DNA of 64,000 nucleotides from Micavibrio sp. (GCA_020718085.1 DYDB01000001.1:218891-282890), one strand, 5' to 3'. Counted from the first letter of the stretch, positions 1 through 10,248 are shown. The notes: a model not told the origin generated them from the letters alone. Program-made: numbers and translations.

Positions 1-264
1 GGGGTTTATTTGTGCGGATGGTGCGATGGTCTCGTTTTTTTCATTTGAAAGAGCTTCTTTATCTGCGACAATATTTTCTGTGGCGGGCATGGGAAGATCT
101 TGATCCGAGGTTTGTGATTGTGTGGGTGATGCCTGATTATAAATGACGATCGGAGTAAATGCGTCAGAACGATTGATAAAACGAAAAAATACAATTGCAA
201 TGACGACAAAAAGACAGAGCAATGTAATGCTGACAGCTAAGGATAAAATCCATTTTTCTTTCAT
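1..264 (-). CDS. Hypothetical membrane-anchored protein, 3'-truncated by the window edge; ATG at 262-264 on the minus strand
   Basis: Manual minus-strand translation reads MKEKWILSLAVSITLLCLFVVIAIVFFRFINRSDAFTPIVIYNQASPTQSQTSDQDLPMPATENIVADKEALSNEKNETIAPSAQINP with no stop before position 1. N-terminal hydrophobic helix. The ORF runs off the window edge (no in-window stop), so it is absent from the track. Confidence 0.45.
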   Translation of the reverse strand, partial: MKEKWILSLAVSITLLCLFVVIAIVFFRFINRSDAFTPIVIYNQASPTQSQTSDQDLPMPATENIVADKEALSNEKNETIAPSAQINP

Positions 265-320
265 AAGTGTATTATACAATAAAAAACAGAGCATACATAT
301 CTATAAATAAATAATTTTGG

Positions 321-372
321 TCTTTACGCCTGTCCGCCTCTGGTGGAAGGAGCGTTGTGACGAAGCAATGGG
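321..372. repeat. Copy of the dispersed hairpin-module repeat (CGCCTGTCCGCCTCTGGTGGAAGG + ..GACGAAGCAATGG)
   Basis: The same modules recur at 34589, 37425 and 39140 (CCTGTCCGCCT(C/T)TGG(T/C/A)GGAAG) and in the GAAGCAATCC family. Confidence 0.5.
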
Positions 373-456
373 TAGTCGATAAATTTGCAGTGGTTTCAAG
401 GTTTACATTTTTGACCAAGATGTGTCATGATGGAATTGTTATAGTTGATATATTTT

Positions 457-975
457 ATGACAGTGAGCACAGACAAAAAGATTGTTATCGTACATGATAA
501 AATGCAAGACAATTATTCCTATCGGCTCACAGAGTCCATGGGTCGCAATTTTGATCCTGCATTTCAACCGGAACTCACACCAGAACAGATGCTTGCTTTG
601 GGAGTATTTGGTGGAAAATACATGACGGATTGTCGGGATGAGTTTCCTGCAAGTTGGTTTGCGCATGCAAAATTGTGTAGTGTAGAACATGATCCAATGC
701 TAAATTATTTTGGGGTAAATGCATCTCAACCGCTATCCGTGTGGCGCGCAAAAGGATGGATCTATCATGAAGATCCAAGAGGATGGTTCCAGTGGTATTG
801 TCGCTATTATATGGGACGGCGATCTGATGATGATGCGCGGCAAATTCGCAGATGGAGAGCGATGAAGCGACATGTGGCACAACTGATAAACGGTTGTCAG
901 AAGGGAGATTTTCTCTGTCGCACCAAACAACGTCAAGCGCTTTTGCATTGGGCATACGACAGTCGAAAAATGTGA
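457..975 (+). CDS. Conserved hypothetical protein
   Basis: ORF track 445..975 (TTG); first ATG at 457. Trp/Arg-rich C-terminus (GWFQWYCRYYMGRR). No family recognised. Confidence 0.5.
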   Translation: MTVSTDKKIVIVHDKMQDNYSYRLTESMGRNFDPAFQPELTPEQMLALGVFGGKYMTDCRDEFPASWFAHAKLCSVEHDPMLNYFGVNASQPLSVWRAKGWIYHEDPRGWFQWYCRYYMGRRSDDDARQIRRWRAMKRHVAQLINGCQKGDFLCRTKQRQALLHWAYDSRKM

Positions 976-982
976 TAAATAT

Positions 983-1011
983 TTGACAAATTATAAAAAA
1001 TACGTTAAATT
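983..1011 (+). promoter_or_regulatory. Sigma70-like promoter (TTGACA-17-TAAATT) upstream of the 1104-5713 operon
   Basis: TTGACA at 983-988, 17-nt spacer, TAAATT at 1006-1011. Confidence 0.3.
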
Positions 1012-1103
1012 TCTAAGTTGCAGATTGGGTCTGTAACGGAGGTTGTTCGTTGAAAATTTGGCCAAATTTTCAAATTCTGTCAAAAGAAAAAGGAGTTGAG
1101 ATC

Positions 1104-2681
1104 ATGAACATGAGCACAGCGGCAACGGCAGTAAAGGTCACGGAGGAACATGTGCAAGCTTTACGAGAGGGCACTGCAACAATTGAGACTGTTATGGAAA
1201 TGGGTGGCGTAGCGAATCTGGAAGAGCAGATCTCGCAGTTGACCATGGAAAAAACGGCGGAGTATTTCACGCGACGTACCGCATTGGAAGCGAGAATCCG
1301 CGAATTGACGGATCTCGATAATCAGGAAGGACTAGCAATGGCAAAGGCCGACCTGGAGTCAGTAGAGGTCGAGATTGCCAAGCGTGCAGAAAATGTTGGT
1401 ATGATCTTGTCTCAGATTGCTCAGAAGCTTGGGTATTTCAAGGATCTCGGAACAAAGCTGCTTGAGGATTCCCCTGAGGATGTTGCGAAACGGCAAGCGG
1501 CACTGGATGCCGTACAGGCAATCCGTGATCAAATTGCTAAAGCACAGGAACGTGCTGCAGCGGCTGAAACGGATAGAGCCACCGCTGAAACGAGCAAAAC
1601 AAATGCAGAAGCCGATCTGAAAAAAGCACAAGGCTCGTGGAATCTTTTAACCAAGGGCGGAAAGATCAATACTGCCAGAGCGGCAATTCAGTCGGCACAA
1701 CGGATCATCGATGCCAAACAAAGTGTCATCGATAATATGCCGGATGCCATTGCTGACCTCAACGAACAGTTTGAGACAGCACAGACCAACATCGTCTCCG
1801 TTGAGGAGCAAATCAAGGTTGATAAGGAGCATCGGATCCAGACATTGAGCCTTGATTCACTTTATGCAACCTTGACGGAGTGGGAGAGTAAGGTCTTTAA
1901 GATCATCGAAGCAGACATTGATGCAAATCAAGTCTGTATTGGTGACTCTGAAACAGCGCTTAAAGAATCTCGTGAGTTTGGTATTGCCGAAACTCGACGA
2001 CTCAAGGGCATTGAGGAGAGTATTGCAACTCTTGAAGTCGAGCTCGACGAGAAGCAGGCGGCATTGAAAGGCATTCTCGATCATGAGAGTGAAGAGTATT
2101 TCAAAGCTCGTGATGCGGCAAAAGACTGTGCAATGCGCCTTGATGAGCTTAACAAAGAATCTACGATCGTTCGTGGAAATCTGAGCAAGGCTGAGGTCAA
2201 GATCGCGGAACACGAGGCATCGCTGATGGCAATGAAAGCTGATCTGCAGTTACAGAAACGCAATTATAACGACTTTGCACTGGATGCCGAAGCGGCACGT
2301 AGCGTGGGTAACGCAATCGCCCAATTGATCAAAAATCAAACGGGAAAAACGGTCAGTGACTCATTGTCCAGAAGCAGAGATGCTATGACATTGACAGTAG
2401 TTGATGTATCGCTGCAAAATGCAACTGCAACAGTGAGGAGTCTTGCGGATCGTGCTGAGCGTGGTGTAACCTTGCTTGATAAGATCCAAAAGAAGCAAGT
2501 TGAAGGAGATGCGAACATTGCACTTCAGGAAGAACGGCTTGCCAAGGCTGAAGATCAATATCGGAAACAGTATGGTGGTGAGCAGGTTTTCCCCTCTTCA
2601 TCAGAACATGCTGCTCCAATAGAAACGATAGCGCCGGAAAAAAAACCGGCTGAAAGTGGTGGAAAAAGAACATTATTCTGA
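1104..2681 (+). CDS. Long coiled-coil protein (possibly TelA-like); first gene of a 3-gene operon
   Basis: ORF 1050..2681. Internal ATG at 1104 follows AAAGGAG with an 8-nt spacer. Sequence is dominated by heptad-like Ala/Glu/Lys/Gln repeats. Confidence 0.65.
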   Translation: MNMSTAATAVKVTEEHVQALREGTATIETVMEMGGVANLEEQISQLTMEKTAEYFTRRTALEARIRELTDLDNQEGLAMAKADLESVEVEIAKRAENVGMILSQIAQKLGYFKDLGTKLLEDSPEDVAKRQAALDAVQAIRDQIAKAQERAAAAETDRATAETSKTNAEADLKKAQGSWNLLTKGGKINTARAAIQSAQRIIDAKQSVIDNMPDAIADLNEQFETAQTNIVSVEEQIKVDKEHRIQTLSLDSLYATLTEWESKVFKIIEADIDANQVCIGDSETALKESREFGIAETRRLKGIEESIATLEVELDEKQAALKGILDHESEEYFKARDAAKDCAMRLDELNKESTIVRGNLSKAEVKIAEHEASLMAMKADLQLQKRNYNDFALDAEAARSVGNAIAQLIKNQTGKTVSDSLSRSRDAMTLTVVDVSLQNATATVRSLADRAERGVTLLDKIQKKQVEGDANIALQEERLAKAEDQYRKQYGGEQVFPSSSEHAAPIETIAPEKKPAESGGKRTLF

Positions 2682-2750
2682 TCCATCGCGTCCATCATGA
2701 GCGGCAGTCAATATTTGGCTGCCGCTCAATTGCTAGAAAGGAGTTTTTCC

Positions 2751-3785
2751 ATGAGAGAATTGATGATCACAGATCCAGAAAAATTGCATGCATACATGAG
2801 ATGTATGCATCAATCGATTGATGCGTGGGAAGATTCCTTGAAAAAACGCAATGGAGTTGACTGGCTATCATTCGATGAGATTCAGGTATGGCTTAAAAGA
2901 GTTCGTGTAACATTGGAGATCATGGAAAATGTCTATATCTTTGATGAGAAGCGATCTCTGATCGTAGAAACGTTGGGGTCAGGATTTCCAAAGAGACAAC
3001 ACTTTGATCATATCAATTTTACCAAAAGAACTGCGCGTTATGATAAAGGGCGCATACAAACGGTAAAGAGATCGTTTTTGAACGAGTTGTTCTCAAATGG
3101 CAATCAAATGCCGTCATTGGATCGTATCGCACGCTCACTGGCTTTTGATCTCCTTTTTCAAAATGAAGTTCTCGAAGCATTCCATTTTTCTGGAATTGAG
3201 AGAATCACAAACAATAATACGAGAGAGGATGCATTTGTATGTTCATGGGAACGCATCTCTGATGGCGTGCCTGTGAAGTACGTTATGTTATTTGACGTAT
3301 CGGATGGTTGGTCAATTCGAGAGCAAGATATGAATGAATTAGTGCTCATGTTACGTGAAAGGACGCTCTTTTTGGCACCAATGGAAAGAATTGCCAGAAG
3401 CATTGATGTGGCACATACTATGATCCATCCGAAATGGGTTGGACGCATCATACTTGGCCCTGTATTTATATCAGGCGTCACGTGTGATGATCATGCATTG
3501 CAATCAGCGCTGAACATTATTTCTTCCGAAGATATGATGAAAAGCGCATCGCGGATCATATACGAATACGTGATCTCGGAAAAAGAAGCTCCCGTTGATG
3601 GCGTGCATGATCAAAAGGGCAGGCTTCATACCACCATGCAGAAGTATGTTGTGCGATATGAACAGGAGCATTATCAGCGTGGTGTCACACATCTGGAAAA
3701 AATTCTTTTTGCAGAACATGACATTATACAAAAATTGGAGCCAGATTTTTTAAGAGAAATTGGCCATACGATATATGGTCATTGA
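2751..3785 (+). CDS. Hypothetical protein (operon member)
   Basis: ORF 2697..3785. ATG at 2751 is preceded by GAAAGGAG with a 7-nt spacer. Stop overlaps the next gene's start region. Confidence 0.6.
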   Translation: MRELMITDPEKLHAYMRCMHQSIDAWEDSLKKRNGVDWLSFDEIQVWLKRVRVTLEIMENVYIFDEKRSLIVETLGSGFPKRQHFDHINFTKRTARYDKGRIQTVKRSFLNELFSNGNQMPSLDRIARSLAFDLLFQNEVLEAFHFSGIERITNNNTREDAFVCSWERISDGVPVKYVMLFDVSDGWSIREQDMNELVLMLRERTLFLAPMERIARSIDVAHTMIHPKWVGRIILGPVFISGVTCDDHALQSALNIISSEDMMKSASRIIYEYVISEKEAPVDGVHDQKGRLHTTMQKYVVRYEQEHYQRGVTHLEKILFAEHDIIQKLEPDFLREIGHTIYGH

Positions 3786-3799
3786 CGGAGGAGATGAAG

Positions 3800-5713
3800 A
3801 TGAATAGCAAGTCACTGAACGCAGTTCCAATTACCCAAAAGGATCTGCGTGAAAAAATGTCAGGTGCCAAGGCTCTAATCAGATCGGCAAAATGGGAGAT
3901 CACGCCGACGGTAAATAAAAATGATCCGAATTACCATCAAAAAATGCTACGCAAACAGGAAGTTGAGGTGAGTATTCGTGGTTTGATAGAAAGGATCAAT
4001 GTTGAAGATGATCTTCTCAATGAAAGGCAGAATCACGTCATTCGTACTATTCGTGAAGCGTTGCAGTTGGCATTGCATGTTGCTGGCGACTACAGCAAAA
4101 GAGCGGGTGTGCCTGCGGTTATGCCAAAAGGTGCAACTTCTTTGCAAAAAACAGAGATCAAAGAAAAGGAGCAGACAGCAGCGGTTATCGCTTTGTTTGT
4201 CATGTGTCGATATATTATATGGAATTTGACCACGGACATCGGTAACAATTCTTTCCTTGCAACGGTCAGTCCTGAATTTACAGATCTTGATCTTTCAGGT
4301 GTGAATCAATCATTGATCTGCGGGACATTCTTTCTGGGAAGATCACTGGAAAAAGAGATGCAGGGAGATGATGCAAGGCTCATCGCGATTGTCTACAAGT
4401 ATGCAGATAGCTTGCAGCGTGACATGATCGATCGCACAATGTCTCTAAAGCACGGCGTGCCATTTACGGACATTTCGTATCAACTGGAAGAAACAGAATT
4501 TACCATTTCAGGTTTTGATACGATGCTGTCAAATGGGGAACGTATACAGGTCAGTGAAGTATATCCTGACCAGGTAATCGGCAATTCAAATGCGGTGGAT
4601 GGAACAGAAGATGGGATGAAAAAATTATTTCTGTATGATCCAATCGCACGTGAAAATCCCATCGGTGCTTTTGGCGGATTCCAAACTGTTAGATTGTATT
4701 CTGGCAGTCCAGGTAATGGTAAGACGCTTGTCCTTTCTGTGGCTCGAACGCTCGGAAGAGACTATGCGGAAGAATCAGGGCTGCCGTATCGAGATCTTGT
4801 TGTGCCAAATCTCGTGTCAAAAATGCAGGGTGAATCGTCGGATCTGGCAATTGAATTTTTAAGGAAATTGTTCGATCCAAACACGATCAATCTCGGCATC
4901 GGCGATGAATTTGAAGCAGTACTACCAGATCATGGAGGTGAACATATTTCAGAAGGTGACAAAAAAGTTGCAGTAGAATTTCTGAAAATGTTCAGTGGCG
5001 TCAGCAGTGTAGAACTTTATAACAAATTGTTCTTAGCTGCGACGAACTATCCGGAAAGTGTGGATCCAGCATTTATGAGCCGTATTAAGGTGCGGTATCA
5101 TGTTGTAGGAGCTGAGACCATCGATGATTACATCAGATTCATCATCTTGAATTTGAAGAAGGTCAACAAACAGCATCCAGGTCTGATCAATCTCAAAAAA
5201 GTAGATTGGGATCGAGACCTCCGAGGATCGCGTATACCAAATAGCTCAGTTATCAATGTTAATCCACTGGCAACAGTGCAAGACATTTATGATCAAGCGA
5301 TTGATATGTACGATCCCGATGACATCCGGTTTTTAGCGCATTTTTTCTATATGATGAAACTTCGCGAAGGAAAGTTCTCATTACGAGATTGTGCAAATAT
5401 CATTGATGCTGTGAAGGCAAGGATTGCTGGGTTTGATGTGCCAATGGAATTTATCAAAGCCAGTGGAGAATATCAGAATGGGAGCATTGAGGACAAACGA
5501 GGACTCATATCCGAGATCGCCTTCGGCCATGTCAAAAAGAGTGGCATTGACGTAGCAGCCCTTTTGGCACAAAATGCTCTGGAATATTCTGGAGAAGCAC
5601 TACGCATGGCAGAGACCAAGCGAGAACGTGATGCCGAGGCAATGGCAGAACAAATGGTTGTAAGTGAGCTTGCTCGGCAAAAGTTCAATAAAAAAATGGG
5701 TATGTCGTCATAA
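3800..5713 (+). CDS. Classic-clade AAA ATPase with a large N-terminal domain
   Basis: Walker A GSPGNGKT, Walker B IGDEFEA, second region of homology ATNYPESVDPAFMSRI. GGAGGA RBS 7 nt before the ATG at 3800 (ORF track 3782). Confidence 0.75.
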   Translation: MNSKSLNAVPITQKDLREKMSGAKALIRSAKWEITPTVNKNDPNYHQKMLRKQEVEVSIRGLIERINVEDDLLNERQNHVIRTIREALQLALHVAGDYSKRAGVPAVMPKGATSLQKTEIKEKEQTAAVIALFVMCRYIIWNLTTDIGNNSFLATVSPEFTDLDLSGVNQSLICGTFFLGRSLEKEMQGDDARLIAIVYKYADSLQRDMIDRTMSLKHGVPFTDISYQLEETEFTISGFDTMLSNGERIQVSEVYPDQVIGNSNAVDGTEDGMKKLFLYDPIARENPIGAFGGFQTVRLYSGSPGNGKTLVLSVARTLGRDYAEESGLPYRDLVVPNLVSKMQGESSDLAIEFLRKLFDPNTINLGIGDEFEAVLPDHGGEHISEGDKKVAVEFLKMFSGVSSVELYNKLFLAATNYPESVDPAFMSRIKVRYHVVGAETIDDYIRFIILNLKKVNKQHPGLINLKKVDWDRDLRGSRIPNSSVINVNPLATVQDIYDQAIDMYDPDDIRFLAHFFYMMKLREGKFSLRDCANIIDAVKARIAGFDVPMEFIKASGEYQNGSIEDKRGLISEIAFGHVKKSGIDVAALLAQNALEYSGEALRMAETKRERDAEAMAEQMVVSELARQKFNKKMGMSS

Positions 5714-5735
5714 TATGTGATACATCCATATAAAT

Positions 5736-5767
5736 GCGATAAGGAACATTTCCTTATCGCATTTTTA
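5736..5767 (+). terminator. Intrinsic terminator after the AAA ATPase gene
   Basis: GCGATAAGGAAC-ATT-TCCTTATCGC hairpin followed by ATTTTT. Confidence 0.6.
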
Positions 5768-5769
5768 AT

Positions 5770-5798
5770 TTGACAAATGATCTTATGTATAGTACTAT
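5770..5798 (+). promoter_or_regulatory. Sigma70-like promoter (TTGACA-17-TACTAT)
   Basis: TTGACA at 5770-5775, 17-nt spacer, TACTAT at 5793-5798, upstream of the 5877 gene. Confidence 0.3.
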
Positions 5799-5876
5799 GA
5801 GCAGTTGATATTTAAAAAAATATCATAATATTACATGTTATTTAACACTGTCACCATATAACGAGGGGATTAAAAG

Positions 5877-7118
5877 ATGCAAGAACTTATAGATGCTGGT
5901 CTGTATGGAAAGGGACTCATCTGCATTGATGACGCAGAACTTATTAGAAGATATAATGCATGTCTGGAGATGATTGGAGTGAAAAAAGTACGGCGAAAAA
6001 GAATTTGTATTGATCGCATGGGATGGAGTCCTGATGTTGCTGCGACGCTTGGTAATAATTTTTACTTGTCGAGAGGAGAGGCAAATCCATTCGCTATTAT
6101 CATCACGCCAAAACAAAAGTATGCGCCGATCTACTTTCCATGTCATTCGTTTGATTGGGAGCTCATGCATCAGTGGTTTGTGATATATGAACAAGAAGTT
6201 TCTGAGATCACAAAATATACTGGCATCTTGCTGGACATAGATCAGGAGGTTAATGCTTATGAAGATGAGAGAGATCTGATTATGGTTGATCATGTGATCG
6301 TTCGTGTGAGCACACCTGGTAGTTTAATAGAAGAAGCGCGATCACAAAAAGTGCTTGTGGAACGTTTTATGCAAGAAAGAAAGATCATCGAGATCCAACA
6401 TATTGCACGTGATCTCATGGTATCGCGTGCAAAGATTGGTGATATGCGCAATCAAAAAGTCTTCATTGACGATCTGCGTTTTGAGGGTTTATGTGTATAT
6501 TATACCAGAGCGTTTGGAGGCACATTTGTGCTTTGCCAAAATGGTGAACATGCATCCGATGAGTACTTTATTCTCAATAAGAGCATTGCTCGTAGTTCAT
6601 CTGGAATTAACTCAGTGATTGATAAGAATATTTTATCAAAGCTGGAATCTTTTCATTTGATCGATCTGGGAGTCACATTTTGGATCGATAATGTAACTTG
6701 TTTGGAATTAATAAGAGATTCCTTTTTGATGGAGTATTTAGACAAGTATGATCCTGATCTCAATTTTGTTGAGCTGAGCCCCGCACTCAAAAAGGGCATG
6801 ATCGCTGAGATTTCATCAGAATTGCCGATCGAATATCACGAGCTTGATATCTTGATACGGTCTATTCGTAGCAATCGTAGTCCGGCTAACATTCCTGACA
6901 TTATAAGACCATTTCTCATGTATCCGCGGAGGGAATTGTCGATCGTTACTATTGAAGTGATCTGGCATATCCTCACTCTGGTGTGTGATGGAAGAAATGT
7001 GCTCATGCTCTATCTGTATGATAAAGATAGTTTCATGCAAATGTTTGGAACGTGGAAAACTCCCCGTAAAACATGGGCGATAAAGGTCATCCAAAAATAT
7101 CATGTAAATCGGTTATAA
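5877..7118 (+). CDS. Hypothetical protein
   Basis: 413-aa ORF with a GAGGGGA RBS; no recognisable domain. Confidence 0.6.
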   Translation: MQELIDAGLYGKGLICIDDAELIRRYNACLEMIGVKKVRRKRICIDRMGWSPDVAATLGNNFYLSRGEANPFAIIITPKQKYAPIYFPCHSFDWELMHQWFVIYEQEVSEITKYTGILLDIDQEVNAYEDERDLIMVDHVIVRVSTPGSLIEEARSQKVLVERFMQERKIIEIQHIARDLMVSRAKIGDMRNQKVFIDDLRFEGLCVYYTRAFGGTFVLCQNGEHASDEYFILNKSIARSSSGINSVIDKNILSKLESFHLIDLGVTFWIDNVTCLELIRDSFLMEYLDKYDPDLNFVELSPALKKGMIAEISSELPIEYHELDILIRSIRSNRSPANIPDIIRPFLMYPRRELSIVTIEVIWHILTLVCDGRNVLMLYLYDKDSFMQMFGTWKTPRKTWAIKVIQKYHVNRL

Positions 7119-7128
7119 AGATCGAAAA

Positions 7129-7165
7129 GCAAGCATGTGCCCCAACAGGGACCATGCTTGTTTTC
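7129..7165 (+). terminator. Intrinsic terminator
   Basis: GCAAGCATG..CATGCTTG stem followed by TTTTC. Confidence 0.5.
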
Positions 7166-7274
7166 ATTTGACCGATTTTTGATATTATGGTAGAGTTATA
7201 TGATTTGTAAATTTGGAAATGAAATATGAGGCAAATCAAAACAGTTATTTAACATTACATGGAGGGTGGTCTGT

Positions 7275-7787
7275 ATGGTCAAATACGAGATGATCGGGGC
7301 AAGTATACTTCTTGTTTTGGGTATATTAATACTTGTGCCAGCTATTCAGAAAAATGTAGCACGACTAATCGGTAGTTTTATGCCGCGTCAGTGGCTTTCT
7401 TATGCAGGTGTCATATTCATCGTGACATGGATCTACGTTGTGGTTCCGCGACTCAATTTTGTTTTGGGACTGACATTCATATCTCTTTCGCTTGTCATGA
7501 TCTTTGCCGTACCGAATAATCCGCAGATCAGAGCATGGGTCAGTGAGATGTTCTTCACAGGAAATGACATTTTTGATGTAAATGCGCCGTATGCGGATGT
7601 TGTGGATCTTTTCAGGTGGCCACTATTCGGATTGGGCGTATATATTGTTTGTCAACAAATGCTCATTGTGTTGGATCTCATGCCTATTGCATTTGCATTG
7701 TATGTGTGGCGCAAGCGTGTGAAAAAAGCAGAGATCAAAATGCAACAAAGCAATTCAGGTGAAATGCAGTCAATGTATAATATTTGA
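7275..7787 (+). CDS. Integral membrane protein (4-5 TM helices), hypothetical
   Basis: ORF 7266..7787. ATG at 7275 follows a GGAGGG RBS. Hydrophobic helices throughout. Confidence 0.6.
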   Translation: MVKYEMIGASILLVLGILILVPAIQKNVARLIGSFMPRQWLSYAGVIFIVTWIYVVVPRLNFVLGLTFISLSLVMIFAVPNNPQIRAWVSEMFFTGNDIFDVNAPYADVVDLFRWPLFGLGVYIVCQQMLIVLDLMPIAFALYVWRKRVKKAEIKMQQSNSGEMQSMYNI

Positions 7788-7834
7788 TTTGGTCGTAACA
7801 CACAAAAAATCAGAACTGAAAAAAGGAGGAAGTG

Positions 7835-8371
7835 ATGCACAAGCTGACGTTCATTTTAGGACTCGTTGCAATCGTGATCGGTCTCGGAGCTATGATAGCG
7901 AAAAACAAGAAGGATGGACTGACGTTCCTGGCCGATAAGTTTGGTGATGGATGGGAATCCAGTCTTGCCGGCATTTGGCTGGGATGGCGACTGGTGGCAT
8001 TGGGTATGGTATGCTTGATGTTCTCCTGGCAACATCTGACTCTTGGGAGCTTGTTCTCAGGAGGTCATCTCGTCGGCACACTATCAATATTAGCCGGCAT
8101 CATTTTCATTATGATGCGACACAATCCTTCTGGTCTTGTATGGTTCGAAAAGTATTTCGGCGCAGGCTGGCGGACAAATATTTTTGCCAGGTTTTTTGAC
8201 TGGCCGCTCCTAGCAGCTGGAATTGCCATGTGGTTTCCCGACAAGGATTGGTACGATGTTCTGAAACTATTTGGATTCTTTATTGCGTTTTGGTTGTGGA
8301 CCATGTTTGGAGGCAAGCGAGCTTCCAAGAGCACTGGTGTACCGCCAGCCACGGATAAACAGCAAGCGTAG
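7835..8371 (+). CDS. Integral membrane protein, hypothetical
   Basis: ORF 7832..8371. AAGGAGG RBS. Multiple TM helices. Confidence 0.6.
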   Translation: MHKLTFILGLVAIVIGLGAMIAKNKKDGLTFLADKFGDGWESSLAGIWLGWRLVALGMVCLMFSWQHLTLGSLFSGGHLVGTLSILAGIIFIMMRHNPSGLVWFEKYFGAGWRTNIFARFFDWPLLAAGIAMWFPDKDWYDVLKLFGFFIAFWLWTMFGGKRASKSTGVPPATDKQQA

Positions 8372-8394
8372 CAACGCTTTTGCGTGAACGATGA

Positions 8395-8426
8395 AGGGCT
8401 CGAGAGTAATATTCTCGAGCCCTTTT
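8395..8426 (+). terminator. Intrinsic terminator
   Basis: GGGCTCGAGAGTAATATTCTCGAGCCC followed by TTTT. Confidence 0.6.
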
Positions 8427-8429
8427 ACA

Positions 8430-8458
8430 TTTGACAAATTGTGTAAAAGTTGATATTG
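8430..8458 (+). promoter_or_regulatory. Sigma70-like promoter (TTGACA-17-TATTGT)
   Basis: TTGACA at 8430-8435 and TATTGT at 8453-8458, upstream of the 8529 gene. Confidence 0.3.
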
Positions 8459-8528
8459 TGAAACGTTGTTCGTTACAAATTTAGAACAGGTTGTTCACTC
8501 ACATATCACTCAGACAATGGAGGTTGTC

Positions 8529-9746
8529 ATGGCAGAACTGAATGAAGAAATGGTAGAAGAGAGAAGAAGTGCGTTTGGGCATGTGCTCGACGAAATTGTG
8601 AGCATTTTCAATGCGGAAAAGCGTCAAAATGTCAAAGATCAACGTAAAGATGAGAAGATCGTCAAAAAGATCCTGTATTTTTTATGGGATTATCTGATCG
8701 CCGGTCCGTTGTATGGTTTCTTTTGTGCTGTTGTTTCAATTGGTAAAGCATCGTGGGATGCGGGGTCGTCGTATAATAGTTATGTCAAACAGGTGATCGC
8801 TCGCAAGGAAAAGCCACTCGTGCATTATCTGATGTATGCTGCGTATGTGCTATGGCCCGTTGCGTTGTTTATTATTCCAATAGGCATTTGTGTTATCACC
8901 ATAACTCTACTTGTTGTGGTGGATCAAGTTGTCTACCCGGAATTTCCGATCAATCCAAAATTTGACCAAAAATCAAATGCGGAACTGTCTTTGGATCGCA
9001 AAAGCGCACTGCTATTTGAGGCAGCGACTCATCAAATGAACAAAGAAATGCAGTCACTTACCGGTTGGACGCCGAATGACTTGTCTTGGATGCCGACGAA
9101 GTGGTTTGATAATAAACTGAATCGTCAAATAGGCGTGCGAAACGCAACGCGATTGTTGACTGCTGCGATGTCTGTAAAATTTACAAATCTCGGACATGGT
9201 ACGAAAGAAAATGATGATACGCGAGAAGGTAGCGCAAATCTCAGCTCACCAGAGAACAAATGGAACATGGGCTTTGGTGATACGGAAGTTAATTTCATTG
9301 ATGGGCTTAACCTCTTGCAAAAGTATATTACAGAGGCAAATGCGGCGAATGGAAAAAAAATGTCCAACATTAATCCACCTGATCTGCTTGATATCATGAA
9401 TGTGATTATTTATGATGTTCTGCGAGAACCCCTGGGACGATTGCAGGAACAGGAAAAGCCTCTTACGTTTAGTGAATTGGATGACGAAGTGTATTATGCA
9501 CAAGGTACGGCAATTGTAGTGCGTGATGTGCTTGTGGCACTGCGGTCTACATTTCCGAGTATCATGGTCAAAGGAGAGTCAGAGAATCTCAATATGGCAA
9601 TCGAAAAATTAAGCAAGATGGCTGATGATAATCCGTATTGCGTATATTCGATCATGGAATTGGGAGATACACGTGCGATCTTTGCAACGTTTTACAACAG
9701 CGCAATGGAGCAGTTGAAAGTTGTCGCAAGTTCCATCAAAGTGTGA
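8529..9746 (+). CDS. Hypothetical protein with an N-terminal TM segment
   Basis: ORF 8466..9746. ATG at 8529 follows GGAGG with a 5-nt spacer. Confidence 0.6.
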   Translation: MAELNEEMVEERRSAFGHVLDEIVSIFNAEKRQNVKDQRKDEKIVKKILYFLWDYLIAGPLYGFFCAVVSIGKASWDAGSSYNSYVKQVIARKEKPLVHYLMYAAYVLWPVALFIIPIGICVITITLLVVVDQVVYPEFPINPKFDQKSNAELSLDRKSALLFEAATHQMNKEMQSLTGWTPNDLSWMPTKWFDNKLNRQIGVRNATRLLTAAMSVKFTNLGHGTKENDDTREGSANLSSPENKWNMGFGDTEVNFIDGLNLLQKYITEANAANGKKMSNINPPDLLDIMNVIIYDVLREPLGRLQEQEKPLTFSELDDEVYYAQGTAIVVRDVLVALRSTFPSIMVKGESENLNMAIEKLSKMADDNPYCVYSIMELGDTRAIFATFYNSAMEQLKVVASSIKV

Positions 9747-9755
9747 GGAAAGACT

Positions 9756-10220
9756 ATGGAGCATATGACTGCTGAAGTACAAAAAATTGCGCACGCGCTC
9801 ATGGCATTGATCGATGGCGTTCGATGGACCGTTACACATATCGGCATTGAGAGGTATGTGGAAAACGGTCCGCAGTGGGTGCGTTTGGAAGTCGCGCTCG
9901 GTGATCAAAGGCATAAGTATCTGATTGCACGCAAGGAAATGGTTAGGGCATGGATTGCTTTGGATCAACGCGGAGAATCAATTGTTGAGGGTATGCAAAC
10001 ATTTGTCGATGGTCATGAATGGATACCTGTCGAGACGAATATCGTGCAGATCGATGGTGTACGGTGTGTACAATTGACCTTGCAGACCACGGATGCGATA
10101 ACTCGTCAAACAGTTATCATTGATCATCATGGTCTCGTGGATGCGTATTACGCACTACGAACTGGCATAGAGCTTCTTTCAGATGCACAAGAGGCAATGG
10201 GCTATCTTACCAGCTTTTAA
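9756..10220 (+). CDS. Hypothetical protein
   Basis: 154-aa ORF with a GAGGAAAG RBS. Confidence 0.55.
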   Translation: MEHMTAEVQKIAHALMALIDGVRWTVTHIGIERYVENGPQWVRLEVALGDQRHKYLIARKEMVRAWIALDQRGESIVEGMQTFVDGHEWIPVETNIVQIDGVRCVQLTLQTTDAITRQTVIIDHHGLVDAYYALRTGIELLSDAQEAMGYLTSF

Positions 10221-10248
10221 TCAAAAAACAGACAAGAGGAGGAAAGTG

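Noticed and set aside
3158-3731. Minus-strand ORFs 3158..3481 and 3504..3731
   Set aside because: They lie antisense within the 2751..3785 gene, which has a strong RBS and operon context; they are shadow ORFs.
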